Positions 1-10,246 of a DNA stretch of 64,000 nucleotides are shown in pieces. Both the position numbers and the translations under genes were made by a program. The stretch is from Gammaproteobacteria bacterium. GTDB taxonomy: Bacteria; Pseudomonadota; Gammaproteobacteria; UBA4575. The stretch lies in the NCBI GenBank assembly GCA_963422595.1, contig OY730298.1:90512-154511 (forward strand). Direction: 5' to 3'. The notes under the pieces were generated by a model. It ran no database searches. It worked only from the letters and a program-made list of their open reading frames with translations, and was not told where the DNA came from. Numbering within the stretch: position 1 is the stretch's first letter; every line of letters starts with the position of its first letter.

Positions 1-88
1 TGTACAGGATATTCAGGATAATACGTAATACATTATTCAGTACCGGCACGGGGCCGGTGCCCACAATGGCGAACACCGGGGCTCGCCC

Positions 89-598
89 TTACTTAACTTC
101 AAATTGCGCGGCGGCGCGGTTTTTTTGCACCGCGTCCGCAGTAAAAACCTGTCCGTGCATGGCAAGGTATACGCCGGCCGGCAGGTGTTGGACGACGGCG
201 ATGGCGTAGCCTATATTAAACACTGCGTCTGTATGGCGAAACCTGGCGGGCTGCATGGCGCCGGTTAACACGATGGTTTTGCCTTTGATTTTTTGCAACC
301 GCCGGGCGGTGGCTATCATGGTGTCGGTGCCGTGAGTGATCAGGATGTGCGCGCAGCTGTCCGCCTGTACTTGAGTAAAAATATGCTGCCTGTCTGCATC
401 GGTAATTTCCAGGCTGTCCTTTTTAAGGATAGATTCTATGGCGTATGGAAATTTGGCGAGCGCCTCTGCAAGGATATTGGGGATTACCGGATCACCAATC
501 TGATATTGGCTTAGCGCATCAAAGTATATCTTGTCAATAGTGCCGCCGGTACAAAATATTTTGACGCGATGCTGGCGTGAACGTGGGTCGGCAGACAT
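89..598 (-). CDS. Asparaginase-family (N-terminal domain) protein
   Basis: 169 aa ORF with a 'FCTGGTIDK' motif resembling the asparaginase/GatD threonine-containing active-site loop (TGGTIAG). Short for a full asparaginase. Confidence 0.45.
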   Translation of the reverse strand: MSADPRSRQHRVKIFCTGGTIDKIYFDALSQYQIGDPVIPNILAEALAKFPYAIESILKKDSLEITDADRQHIFTQVQADSCAHILITHGTDTMIATARRLQKIKGKTIVLTGAMQPARFRHTDAVFNIGYAIAVVQHLPAGVYLAMHGQVFTADAVQKNRAAAQFEVK

Positions 599-626
599 AG
601 AAAACGGCCTTTAATTGTGCGTGGCA

Positions 627-1493
627 CTATTCGACATTTTGTACTTGTTCGCGCATTTGTTCAATTAAAACTTTCAGGTCAATAGCTGCTTGCGTGGTTT
701 CAATATCTGCGGATTTGGAGGCTAACGTATTGGCTTCACGGTAAAATTCCTGCGCGAGGAAGTCTAAACGACGACCCGTTGGCTGCTGACGAGTAAAAAT
801 GCAGTTCATTTCGTTAAGGTGGCTGTCTAAACGATCCAGTTCTTCGGCAACGTCGAGTTTTTGCGCCAGATATACCAGTTCTTGTTCTAAACGATTTTGG
901 TCTGCTTCCAGGTGTAGTTGTGCTATGCATTGTTGTAATTTGTCCCTGATGGCAATTAACACTTGCGGCTGCCGGCTGCGTATTGTTTGTACGATGGCTT
1001 TGATATCCGCGCATCGTTGTCGCAGCATTCGTTCGATACGCTGCCCCTCGGCGACACGCATGGAGACGAGTTCGTGCGTGGCTTGCTTAAATAGTTGGTA
1101 ACATGCAGCATGAAGATGTTGCAGGCACGTTGGAGCAGTTTGTAGCATGCCGGGCCAGGCCAGCACTTCCAGAGCCCTGGGCGCAGTATGTTGCGGTAGT
1201 TTGCTGTGCACGTTGGCGATTTGTCGTAGTAAACTCTTCAGTAGCGGCGCATTGAGGTCAAACGCCGCGCTTTGATTGTCGGTTGGCTGATGACGCAATA
1301 CACAGTCAACTTTGCCACGCGCAAGTTTGGTTTGCAGGTGTTTACGCAGCCGTGGTTCTAACCCGCGAGCTGCTTCCGGCAGGCGGAAGTTGAGATCCAG
1401 ATAACGATGGTTGACGGAGCGCAATTCCCAACTCAGGTGGCCCTGTTCGCAGGTGTCTTCGAGGCGCGCGAATGCGGTCATGCTGGATGGCAT
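627..1493 (-). CDS. yicC: YicC-family stress-induced protein (RNase-like)
   Basis: C-terminus '...DFLAQEFYREANTLASKSADIE...EQMREQVQNVE' matches the conserved YicC C-terminal domain. N-terminus 'MPSSMTAFARLE' matches the YicC start, so I trimmed the 363-aa track ORF to the internal Met. It sits divergent to rph, as in E. coli. Confidence 0.8.
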   Translation of the reverse strand: MPSSMTAFARLEDTCEQGHLSWELRSVNHRYLDLNFRLPEAARGLEPRLRKHLQTKLARGKVDCVLRHQPTDNQSAAFDLNAPLLKSLLRQIANVHSKLPQHTAPRALEVLAWPGMLQTAPTCLQHLHAACYQLFKQATHELVSMRVAEGQRIERMLRQRCADIKAIVQTIRSRQPQVLIAIRDKLQQCIAQLHLEADQNRLEQELVYLAQKLDVAEELDRLDSHLNEMNCIFTRQQPTGRRLDFLAQEFYREANTLASKSADIETTQAAIDLKVLIEQMREQVQNVE

Positions 1494-1634
1494 TGTCAAT
1501 GTGTCCTGTTTCCACTGATGGGCTGCACTTGCGTACTGGCAGACACGTATGTGGATATAGATTTTTTGCGTATTGCGTATAATGCGGGACTCTTTGTGAA
1601 AACACCAGATGGGTGAAGGCAGCAGCCAGTTTTT

Positions 1635-2366
1635 ATGAATTCTACAATCAACAGACCCAGCGGTCGTGGCCTGAAGCAATTGCGCGATATTCGGTTTACC
1701 CGCAATTATACCCGGCACGCGGAAGGTTCCGTGCTCACTGAATTTGGCGATACTAAGATTATTTGTACCGCGACCCTGACAGATCAGGTGCCCAGATTCT
1801 TAAGCGGCCAGGGGCAGGGCTGGATTAGCGCCGAATATGGAATGTTGCCGCGCTCTACTAATAGTCGCATGGCACGCGAGGCAGCGCGAGGCAGACAAGG
1901 CGGCCGCACCTTGGAAATTCAGCGTTTGATTGGCCGCTCGTTACGTGCCGCACTTGATTTGCGGAAATTGGGCGAGCGTTCTATCACTATAGATTGCGAC
2001 GTCATCCAGGCCGACGGGGGCACCCGCACCGCAGCTATCTCGGGTGGCTTTGTGGCCTTGTATGACGCTGTCCGGCAGTTAAGAAACAGCGGCGCAATTA
2101 CTACTGTTCCCATCGATCATTTTGTCGCCGCGGTATCTGTTGGTATGTTTCATCATACGCCGATATTGGATCTCGATTACGCCGAGGATCGCAGCGCGCA
2201 AACCGATATGAACGTGGTCATGAACGACGCTGAGGCTTTCATTGAAATTCAGGGCACGGCGGAAAAACAGGCGTTTACGCATGCTGAAATGATGGCGTTA
2301 CTGAACCTTGCCGGCACTGGCATCAGTGAGATTATCCGACAGCAGAAGGCTGTTCTGGGTGTATAG
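1635..2366 (+). CDS. rph: Ribonuclease PH
   Basis: Alignable along its length to E. coli Rph ('[28 protein letters not shown]...GDTKIICTA...[18 protein letters not shown]...'). Confidence 0.92.
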   Translation: MNSTINRPSGRGLKQLRDIRFTRNYTRHAEGSVLTEFGDTKIICTATLTDQVPRFLSGQGQGWISAEYGMLPRSTNSRMAREAARGRQGGRTLEIQRLIGRSLRAALDLRKLGERSITIDCDVIQADGGTRTAAISGGFVALYDAVRQLRNSGAITTVPIDHFVAAVSVGMFHHTPILDLDYAEDRSAQTDMNVVMNDAEAFIEIQGTAEKQAFTHAEMMALLNLAGTGISEIIRQQKAVLGV

Positions 2367-2379
2367 ATTGAGCGTATAA

Positions 2380-2970
2380 ATGGCTGACAAAATAGTGGTT
2401 GCCAGTACGAACGCCGCCAAGGTAAGTGAAATTCAGGCACTTTTTAATCCACAACGGGCGCAGCTTATACGGCAATCTGAATTGCACGTTGCTACAGTGG
2501 CGGAAACCGGCACGACTTTTGTGGAAAACGCGATTATTAAAGCAAGACACGCGGCCCGATACACCGGATTGCCGGCATTGGCGGATGATTCCGGCATTGA
2601 GGTGGATGCCTTGCACGGCGCGCCAGGGGTGTATAGCGCGCGCTACGCGGGAGCAGACGCGGACGACTATGCTAATAACGTAAAATTGCTGAGCCAGCTT
2701 AAGGGCTTGCCCAAGGCACAACGCACGGCACGTTTTCGGTGTGTGATGGTGTATCTGCGACACGCGCAAGACCCCATGCCAATCATTTGTGAGGGTACCT
2801 GGGAGGGCATGATTTTACAACGGGCGACAGGAAGCAATGGATTTGGCTATGATCCACTGTTCTACGTACCCACCCACCGCTGCGCTTCGGCAGAGCTGGA
2901 CGCGGCAGAAAAAAATCGCATCAGCCATCGGGCGCAGGCATTACAAAAATTACGGCGGGCGTTCGATTAG
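2380..2970 (+). CDS. rdgB: dITP/XTP pyrophosphatase (Ham1/RdgB family)
   Basis: 196 aa with 'KIVVASTNAAKVSEI' and Ham1-family motifs. It lies between rph and hemW, the conserved synteny. Confidence 0.85.
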   Translation: MADKIVVASTNAAKVSEIQALFNPQRAQLIRQSELHVATVAETGTTFVENAIIKARHAARYTGLPALADDSGIEVDALHGAPGVYSARYAGADADDYANNVKLLSQLKGLPKAQRTARFRCVMVYLRHAQDPMPIICEGTWEGMILQRATGSNGFGYDPLFYVPTHRCASAELDAAEKNRISHRAQALQKLRRAFD

Positions 2971-3012
2971 GATATTTGCCCGGCTACCCGGGTATTTAAT
3001 CAACACCGAATT

Positions 3013-4167
3013 ATGCTTAAAGTACCCTTGTCTCTTTATGTGCATATACCCTGGTGTGTTAAGAAGTGTCCGTATTGCGATTTTAATTCACATGAGGTTC
3101 GCTCTGCCTTTCCACAGGAGCGATATACAGATGCCTTAATTACCGATCTGCGAAAACAAGCAGAGGTTGCCCACGGACGCGAGATTATCAGTGTGTTTAT
3201 CGGTGGAGGCACGCCCAGTTTATTTTCGGCAACCAGCATACGGCGCCTGCTGGCAGCCGTTGAGGAGTACCTGACGCTGGCCAGGCACGCGGAAATTACT
3301 ATTGAGGCTAATCCCGGAACTTCGGATCAACAAAACTTTGCTGGCTTTCGGGACGCAGGGGTGAATCGAATTTCGATTGGCGCGCAAAGCTTCAGTAATG
3401 CGCAATTGCGCCGCTTAGGGCGCATTCACGATGCAGCGGCCATACATAACGCCGTCACGACAGCTAAAAACTCGGGTTTTGGGAATATTAACATTGACTT
3501 GATGTATGCCTTGCCTGAACAGTCCAGACGGCAGGCCGGCGAGGACCTCGAACAGGCGATGGCCTTGCATCCTACCCATATTTCTTATTATCAGCTAACT
3601 ATTGAGGCAAATACGCGGTTTCACCAACACCCGCCAGCCTTACCCGGCAGCGAAGCTGCCTGGGATATGCAGCAACAGGGCGCGGAGTTATTGGCTGAGC
3701 ACGGTTTTCGACAGTACGAGGTTTCCGCATACGCTAAGGACGATTTCGCGTGTCTGCATAACTTAAATTACTGGCGGTTTGGCGACTATATCGGCATTGG
3801 CGCCGGCGCCCATCAAAAAATAAGCTGCCGGCAGGAAAATACGGTTTCACGCTGTGAAAAGCCACGGCATCCACAGCAATATATGCGCCACACGTTTGAT
3901 GACGCACCACTGGAAACGACCCGATATTTAGCCCAGGAGGAGCTGGTGTTTGAGTTTTTAATGAATACACTGCGCCTGACGCACGGTTTTGAACGACAGC
4001 AGTTTGAACGCTATACAGGGCTGCCGTTCGCGCGCCTGCGCTCGCAACTGAAGCCCTTGCAGGATGATGGTTTGCTGATTATGGGGCACGCCGGCGCGCG
4101 CTGTAGCGACATGGGTTATCGCTTTCTGGATGAGCTGTTACAGCGGCTGCTGCCGGCGCGCGCGTAA
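3013..4167 (+). CDS. hemW: Radical SAM heme chaperone HemW (HemN-like, YggW)
   Basis: 'PWCVKKCPYCDFNS' is the CxxxCxxC radical SAM motif in the HemN-like N-terminal context. 384 aa, downstream of rdgB as in E. coli (rdgB-yggW). Confidence 0.85.
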   Translation: MLKVPLSLYVHIPWCVKKCPYCDFNSHEVRSAFPQERYTDALITDLRKQAEVAHGREIISVFIGGGTPSLFSATSIRRLLAAVEEYLTLARHAEITIEANPGTSDQQNFAGFRDAGVNRISIGAQSFSNAQLRRLGRIHDAAAIHNAVTTAKNSGFGNINIDLMYALPEQSRRQAGEDLEQAMALHPTHISYYQLTIEANTRFHQHPPALPGSEAAWDMQQQGAELLAEHGFRQYEVSAYAKDDFACLHNLNYWRFGDYIGIGAGAHQKISCRQENTVSRCEKPRHPQQYMRHTFDDAPLETTRYLAQEELVFEFLMNTLRLTHGFERQQFERYTGLPFARLRSQLKPLQDDGLLIMGHAGARCSDMGYRFLDELLQRLLPARA

Positions 4168-4384
4168 TGCCTTGCTGACAGCAGATATTTTGTGTTTTAC
4201 GATAGGGTTATGCACAATTGTGGTTCTGCTATCGTAAATGCTTGCCGTTATCGACTGGTTGTCGCTACAATTTCATATGCCATTATGCTTCTTAATAAAA
4301 TCAATGAGTTACTTAACTGTACGCTTTTTAGACAATTTAATAAAAATGTAAGATTGCGCAGGTGTTGATGTCAGGTATAAACGA

Positions 4385-4419
4385 ATATCCACAGATTTAT
4401 CCACAGATTTTGTGGACAA
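4385..4419. promoter_or_regulatory. Cluster of three DnaA-box 9-mers (ATATCCACA, TTATCCACA, inverted TTGTCCACA) in the hemW-rpmE intergenic region
   Basis: Direct reading 'aatATCCACAgatTTATCCACAgattTTGTGGACAAg'. Two boxes are direct and one is inverted, within 35 bp, in an AT-rich intergenic region about 150 bp upstream of rpmE. Confidence 0.5.
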
Positions 4420-4566
4420 GTCTTAAACCTCTGCAAGAATCAATACTTAAGCCTAATTACTAAAATATTTTTCAGAGATGCCAGCTAAGTTACAAGGCAT
4501 TACTTGAGTTACGGCGTGCGATTGAGTATGCTGCGCGCGTACTATTTGAAATTACGTCAATATAAA

Positions 4567-4776
4567 ATGAAACCGAATATCCACCCAAATTATCAGGCAG
4601 TGAAGGTAACTTGCAGTTGCGGAAATACGTTTACCACGCGCTCTACTTATGGTGCTGACGACTTGCACGTTGACGTGTGCTCGTTGTGCCATCCTTTTTT
4701 TACTGGTAAACAAAAAATTGTGGATTCAGCCGGACAGGTAGATAAATTCAGGAGACGTTACGGTAACAAGAGCTGA
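4567..4776 (+). CDS. rpmE: 50S ribosomal protein L31
   Basis: '[27 protein letters not shown]' with a CxC...CxxC zinc ribbon, typical of L31. The start was moved to the internal Met of the track ORF. Confidence 0.9.
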   Translation: MKPNIHPNYQAVKVTCSCGNTFTTRSTYGADDLHVDVCSLCHPFFTGKQKIVDSAGQVDKFRRRYGNKS

Positions 4777-4855
4777 TCGATGCCGTGAGCAGGCCTGATA
4801 TTGCCTTCGATTTATGCGTTGGCGTACTGCACTCGCCTGTAAGCGTGTACTGATA

Positions 4856-6322
4856 ATGGATAAACAAATTCGACTGTTGGTAGCGGGCCTGGTATTGCCG
4901 GGCATATTGTTCCTCTGTGGATGTGCCACTAACCCGGTGACTGGCAAGCAGGATTTTGTGCTGATGTCGGAGGCACAGGAAATCAGTCTCGGCAAACGCG
5001 CGCATCAACAGGTCATGCAGCAGTATCGGCCTTACCATGATGCCGCACTGCAAGGCTACGTGGAAGGTCTGGTCAAAGAGCTTTCCAGAGAAAGTCATCG
5101 TAGTAATCTGATGTTCCACGTAACGGTGCTCGATAGCCCCCAGATTAATGCCTTCGCTTTGCCCGGTGGCTATATTTATATTACTCGCGGCATTATGGCG
5201 TATATGAATTCGGAAGCAGAACTGGCCGGCGTGCTTGGGCATGAGATTGGGCACGTGACGGCACGACACGGCGTGCGCCAACAGAGCATCGGCACGTTAA
5301 CCAGCCTGTTGAGTGCCAGCGTGGGCATACTCACTGGTAGCAGAGAGGCCGCGCAGATTGCGAATATAGGAACTACCGCGTTGGTACGCGGCTATGGCCG
5401 CAAACACGAGCTTGAGGCAGATCGTCTGGGGGCAGAGTATCTGGCACGCACAGGCTATGACCCGGAAGCAATGATTGATGTCGTCGGCATTCTGAAATCA
5501 CAGGAGGATTTCGACAAACAGCTGGCTAAAGAAGAAGGCCGTGAACCGCGCGCGTATCACGGCACCTTTTCCACTCATCCGGCAAACGATAAACGACTTC
5601 AGGAGGTGGTGATGGCAGCCAACAGGTTCAACACTGCCGCCACGCGCGAGGCTAATCGCGAGCTCTTCCTGGATTACATAGATGGCATGGCGCTTGGCCC
5701 ATCGGAACAGGATGGGGTGTTGCGCGGCAATAAGTTTTATCATAATGAGTTAAATCTGTTTGTGGAATTTCCGCCGGGCTGGAAGGTGGATAATCTGCCC
5801 GACCGTCTGCTGGCACAACCCAAAAGCCGGGGTACGCGGTTACAGATCATGACAGCCGAATTGCATAAACACCAGACCCCAAAGGAGTACTTGACGGGGC
5901 TTGTCAAAGGCCGGATTAGTGGCGGTCAAAACGTTAGAACGACCAGTTTTGAAGGCTATACGGGATACGTCACGTTAGATGATGCACAAATTGGTAATTT
6001 GCCTGTGCGGGTGGCCGCAGTTTTTGACAGTAAGCGCGCCTATCAAATATTCGTTACCCACAAAGATGCCGGTTCTTTTAACCGTAACGATAGCACTACC
6101 CTGACGATAATTAAAAGTCTGCGCCATTTGCAAGGTGGTGAGCGGAAGCTGGGTAAACCCAAACGTATCAAATTAATGCGTGCCAAATCGGGGGACACGT
6201 TCGCTGCATTAGCTGAACAATCCAGCCTGTCGCATCATCCTGTCACGCAGTTGCGCCTGTTAAACGGCATGTATCCGAATGGGGAACCCAACCCCGGACA
6301 GCTTATTAAAATCGTGCAGTAA
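4856..6322 (+). CDS. M48-family Zn metallopeptidase with C-terminal LysM domain (BepA/LoiP-like), signal peptide
   Basis: 'GVLGHEIGHVTARHG' is the HExxH motif in M48 context. N-terminal 'MDKQIRLLVAGLVLPGILFLCGC' looks like a signal/lipoprotein leader. The C-terminal 'KSGDTFAALAEQSSLSHHPVTQLRLLNGMYPNGEPNPGQLIKI' matches LysM. Confidence 0.8.
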   Translation: MDKQIRLLVAGLVLPGILFLCGCATNPVTGKQDFVLMSEAQEISLGKRAHQQVMQQYRPYHDAALQGYVEGLVKELSRESHRSNLMFHVTVLDSPQINAFALPGGYIYITRGIMAYMNSEAELAGVLGHEIGHVTARHGVRQQSIGTLTSLLSASVGILTGSREAAQIANIGTTALVRGYGRKHELEADRLGAEYLARTGYDPEAMIDVVGILKSQEDFDKQLAKEEGREPRAYHGTFSTHPANDKRLQEVVMAANRFNTAATREANRELFLDYIDGMALGPSEQDGVLRGNKFYHNELNLFVEFPPGWKVDNLPDRLLAQPKSRGTRLQIMTAELHKHQTPKEYLTGLVKGRISGGQNVRTTSFEGYTGYVTLDDAQIGNLPVRVAAVFDSKRAYQIFVTHKDAGSFNRNDSTTLTIIKSLRHLQGGERKLGKPKRIKLMRAKSGDTFAALAEQSSLSHHPVTQLRLLNGMYPNGEPNPGQLIKIVQ

Positions 6323-6388
6323 TTTCAGCGTTCAAAGGCCGCCTATAGATGCGATAACGGCGGCTCTGGCAGACCCGGGGGCCGGGCC

Positions 6389-7163
6389 CTACATGGTTGC
6401 TTCCGCAGAATTAAAACGGACTAGTTTGTTCCAATCAATTGTTCCGTTATCTTTACAGTATGTATTCGTAAAATCTTTGGTAAATTTGTTGAGCGTTTGT
6501 GAATATGATGCTACGAAGGCATCATTCTCTTGTTTTGCTTTATGCCCAAGCGGTTCAATGATTTTTGTGTAGAGCTGGTCATCGCCAGAGATAAATTCCC
6601 AAAAACGCTGACCACAATATTTGAAATAATCCCCCTTGTCCAGCTTGCTGTCCCTGCCGTAGCAACAACCGTTTACGGCCACTATATTCAATTTTGAATT
6701 ACTGGTTCGCAATGTTCTTTTAGCGGTTCTGAAATCTGTTGCCATTTTGGTTATTTGTGAACTGTTACCCCAGTTGGGACCCGATTTAATTGCCACGATG
6801 AATCTTTACTCCGTCACGGTTAAACTCAAGATCAATACCCGGGATGCCTGATTTATGCCCACCATAAACTTTATGGTTAACAAAAATAGCCAACCCTTCC
6901 AACCAATCACTAAAAATGGCTTCTTCACTCAATGAAACGTGCGCATCTGTCAGATTTTTTACAATCTGTGCAGCAGTCAGCACGTGTTTGGCCTTGAAAA
7001 GATATGGATTTTTGCGCCTGAGAACCTTGGATAATTTCAGTTTATCAAGGCTTTGAATACGTTTTTGGTGAAAAATCCCAATATTTCCTTCAACGTACTG
7101 AAATACGTCCATCAGGTTCAGCTTTTGCATATTCGGTCTCGGGTTCGCACAAACATAATTCAA
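6389..7163 (-). pseudogene. Putative type II restriction endonuclease, apparently split by a frameshift into two overlapping ORFs (6786..7163 and 6389..6796)
   Basis: Two same-strand ORFs (125 aa and 135 aa) overlap by 11 nt in different frames immediately downstream of, and overlapping, the methyltransferase gene. Together they are about 250 aa, a typical REase size. 'GIPGIDLEFNRDGVKIH' is a possible PD-(D/E)xK-like motif. The region is AT-rich relative to its flanks. Confidence 0.4.
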
Positions 7164-7968
7164 CCGGTTTTAACCTTTCTTCAACCATTTCGCAATACTC
7201 TGGCACCAGGTCAATACCGATTGCGTTGCGCCGCATGCGGTTAGCAACTATCAGGGTTGTGCCCGAACCCATAAAAGGATCAAGAACCACGTCACGTTGC
7301 TGTGTAAATAATCTGATAAACCATTCCGGCAACGTTTCAGGAAAAGCCGCGCTGTGGTTTTTGTTGTTGCACTCGGTAGCCAAATGTAAGACGTTGGTTG
7401 GATAAGCCTTGTCTCTGTTAAGCCAGTTTGAAACGTTCTTGCCAAACTTACTCCCCACTTTTGAGTGGTCACGAGTTTTATCGGTTGCGGAAAGATTCTT
7501 CAGTCTGGTGCCGGCCCATGCCCCGACCGGCACCATGACTGCTTCCTGATACATGTTGAATTTGCGAGTTTTATTGAATTGAAGCAGTCGTTCCCACGCA
7601 TCCCGAAAACGATTAGGCCATTTTCCCGGATAACAGTTTTTTTTATGCCAGACAAATTCTTCCGTCCATAACCAGCCCTGTTCGCGCATCTCCAGAATCA
7701 ATTTGATGACGTAGGTGCTGCGCTCTCCATTAACTGCTTTTTCCTTGATATTCAGGATGAACGTTCCCGTGGATTTAAGCACGCGCAAAAGCTGCTCTGA
7801 CCTGGGCAAAAACCATTCTATGTAGTTGTCGGGGTGAACGCCGCCATAGGTGTTGCTGCGTTGATCGGCGTATGGGGGAGAGGTAATTATCAGATCCACT
7901 GAGTTTTCCGGGAGCAGCTTTAATTGTTCTTTGCTGTCGCCACAGTATATATCGGCGGTGATTTCCAT
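7090..7968 (-). CDS. DNA methyltransferase, beta-class (N4-cytosine or N6-adenine), 'SPPY' catalytic motif
   Basis: 'LIITSPPYADQ' (motif IV) precedes 'DPFMGSGTTLIVA' (motif I, SAM binding). The IV-then-I order defines the beta class. 292 aa. Confidence 0.8.
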   Translation of the reverse strand: MEITADIYCGDSKEQLKLLPENSVDLIITSPPYADQRSNTYGGVHPDNYIEWFLPRSEQLLRVLKSTGTFILNIKEKAVNGERSTYVIKLILEMREQGWLWTEEFVWHKKNCYPGKWPNRFRDAWERLLQFNKTRKFNMYQEAVMVPVGAWAGTRLKNLSATDKTRDHSKVGSKFGKNVSNWLNRDKAYPTNVLHLATECNNKNHSAAFPETLPEWFIRLFTQQRDVVLDPFMGSGTTLIVANRMRRNAIGIDLVPEYCEMVEERLKPVELCLCEPETEYAKAEPDGRISVR

Positions 7969-8182
7969 TGCTAAATTGCCCGATGATAGTTGCTAACTGC
8001 CATTAGTGGCAGATTGGCAATATTGGACGTCAACTGCCTTTTAAGTGTCACTTCGATGTGCCAGATAATGCGCCTTGCGGTTGCAGTCACCAGGTAAAAT
8101 TGTAACACATATCAAAATAAGCGAATCTTAACGTGGATGATGCAAGACTCGGAAAATAAAATAACTGCTAAACGATCATCTG

Positions 8183-9316
8183 TTATCGTTTGGCGCCGAG
8201 GCGTAGCGCACGCTGACGGCTGGCTTCCCGATGTTGTGGCTGTGTAAGCTGCACAGTATCATCCGACCAATTCTTTGTATGCCGCAAAATGATTTGCGTC
8301 AGGGCCTGAATGTGGGCAGGTTCAGTATTTAAGGCTGGAATGTAGTTGAACGAGCGACCACCATGTTGTAAAAAAATTTCATGGTTTTGCATGTCAATTT
8401 CTTCCAGGGTCTCCAGGCAGTCCGCAGAAAAACCCGGACAGAATACATCGACGGAGGTGATGCCTTCGCCGGGTAGTTGAGTAAGGCGTTGGTCGGTATA
8501 GGGTTGTAGCCACTGCACTCTGCCAAAACGTGACTGAAAGGTAATTTCCCATTGGTCATCATACAAGGTGAGTTTTTCCGCGATTAAACGGGCGGTTTGC
8601 TGACACTCGCAATGGTAAGGATCACCTTGTAGCAGGTTTCGCTGGGGCAGACCGTGAAAAGAAAACAGTAGTTTTTGACTGCGTTGGTGCCGTTGCCAGT
8701 GTGTTTCTATACGTTGCACGCATGCGGCAATGTATTCCGCCTCCGCACCGTAGTGGTTCACCATGCGTAGCTCGGGTAACCACCGCAGCTTCCTGAATTC
8801 TCTGGCGATGGCATCAAACGTGGAGGCGGTGGTGCTGGCTGAGTATTGCGGGTATAGCGGTAACACCAGTATACGCCGCGCATTGCTGGCCAGTAGGGCA
8901 CGTAGCGCGGAGGGGATGGACGGTTGGCCATAGCGCATGGCTAATGCAACTTTTACGTTGCCGACATGAGCTTTGTCTAAGGCAGTTTGCAGTGCGGCAC
9001 GCTGCCGTTTGCTGATTACTAATAACGGGGAGCCTTCAGGCGTCCATATCTGCGCATAGGCCTTGGCTTTTTTAATCGGGCGCGTGGGTAACACAATGGC
9101 ATGCAGTAGTACCCACCATATTGGCCTGGGGATTTCTATCACGCGCGGATCCCATAAAAATTCCGCTAAATATTTTCTGATAGCGCGCGCGGTTGGTGCC
9201 GCTGGAGTGCCAAGATTGGTGATCAATACCCCTACACAGGTATCACTGCCGTGCGTGTAGTCTGATGTGCCTTTGTATCCGGACATTGCCTGCATATGCC
9301 GGGTTATGCGTGGCAA
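8183..9316 (-). CDS. hemH: Ferrochelatase
   Basis: 'VGVLITNLGTPAAPTARAIRKYLAEFLWDPRVIEIP' and overall collinearity with HemH. The true start may lie at an internal Met. Confidence 0.85.
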   Translation of the reverse strand: MPRITRHMQAMSGYKGTSDYTHGSDTCVGVLITNLGTPAAPTARAIRKYLAEFLWDPRVIEIPRPIWWVLLHAIVLPTRPIKKAKAYAQIWTPEGSPLLVISKRQRAALQTALDKAHVGNVKVALAMRYGQPSIPSALRALLASNARRILVLPLYPQYSASTTASTFDAIAREFRKLRWLPELRMVNHYGAEAEYIAACVQRIETHWQRHQRSQKLLFSFHGLPQRNLLQGDPYHCECQQTARLIAEKLTLYDDQWEITFQSRFGRVQWLQPYTDQRLTQLPGEGITSVDVFCPGFSADCLETLEEIDMQNHEIFLQHGGRSFNYIPALNTEPAHIQALTQIILRHTKNWSDDTVQLTQPQHREASRQRALRLGAKR

Positions 9317-9398
9317 TACTGTTGTCGTGTGCAGCCTTGTCGATGGCGGGGGACACGATACGCAAGTGGTCGATGCAGGTAGTTCACTGCGTTATCTG

Positions 9399-10025
9399 CT
9401 ACGTTAATCGGCTTAAACGTTTGTGTAACGGACTGGTGCGCGGAAAATGTGCCAGTAAAAATTTCATTTGATCAGCTAATACGCGACGACCTTGCAAGTA
9501 GATATATTCCGCATACGTAGGGGTAAACGGGATGGCTAATAGTTGCATGCCAGACTGTTCGGGCGTTTGTCCAGCCTTGTGATTATTACACCTTTTACAT
9601 GCCGTTACCACGTTATTCCAGTTATCAGCACCACCCAGACTTAGCGGTCTGATATGGTCACGTGATAAATCTTTATTGTCGAACTGGCGTCCACAATATA
9701 AACACAGATTGGCATCACGTTTGAACAACGCGCGATTATTTAGTGGCGGGGTGTAGTTGCCATGTAAAGATCGATTGTTGCCATAGGTGGCGATGATTGA
9801 ATGTACTTTGATGGCGCTGCGTAAACCGGTACGTGCATGGATGCCGCCGTGAATGACGTATAATGGCTCGCCACAGGTGTAAGCAATTTGCTCTGCATGA
9901 TACAGGCGCACGGCATTCTGGTAGTTTACCCATTCCATGGGCATGCCCGACACGTCCGTGCGTAGCACTTGTAGGCTTAGATCAATCATACTCGGAGTAA
10001 ACTGTAGCATAGGACGGACGAACAT
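9399..10025 (-). CDS. HNH endonuclease family protein
   Basis: 'CLYCGRQFDNKDLSRDHIRPLSLGGADNWNNVVTACKRCNNHK' is a canonical HNH motif with zinc-ligand cysteines. Confidence 0.75.
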   Translation of the reverse strand: MFVRPMLQFTPSMIDLSLQVLRTDVSGMPMEWVNYQNAVRLYHAEQIAYTCGEPLYVIHGGIHARTGLRSAIKVHSIIATYGNNRSLHGNYTPPLNNRALFKRDANLCLYCGRQFDNKDLSRDHIRPLSLGGADNWNNVVTACKRCNNHKAGQTPEQSGMQLLAIPFTPTYAEYIYLQGRRVLADQMKFLLAHFPRTSPLHKRLSRLT

Positions 10026-10246
10026 AGAGATTCAATCTGTAGGAATAGGCTTTTTTCAGGCCTTTTAAGATTAATTTCGGACAGGCACAGAGGCCGGTAC
10101 CTACAATAGCCAACACAGGAGGATTTGCACTCGGCTGGGCGAATAAATAAAGTTGCAAAGGGTGTGAATATGTTTCAAAATTGTGCGTATGAGCGTTTAT
10201 ACCAGTAGCAGACCAAACTTAATCAAACAATGGAGTACGATATACT

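Noticed and set aside
799-1705. Small ORFs nested in yicC (799..1101, 814..1014, 1342..1605, 1407..1616, 1496..1705)
   Set aside because: They are fully contained within or antisense to the well-supported yicC reading frame.
4385-4419. Possibility that the DnaA-box cluster marks the chromosomal origin (oriC)
   Set aside because: There are only three boxes and no flanking dnaA, dnaN, gidA or mioC genes. The surrounding genes (hemW, rpmE) are not origin-proximal markers. No DUE-like 13-mer array could be identified.
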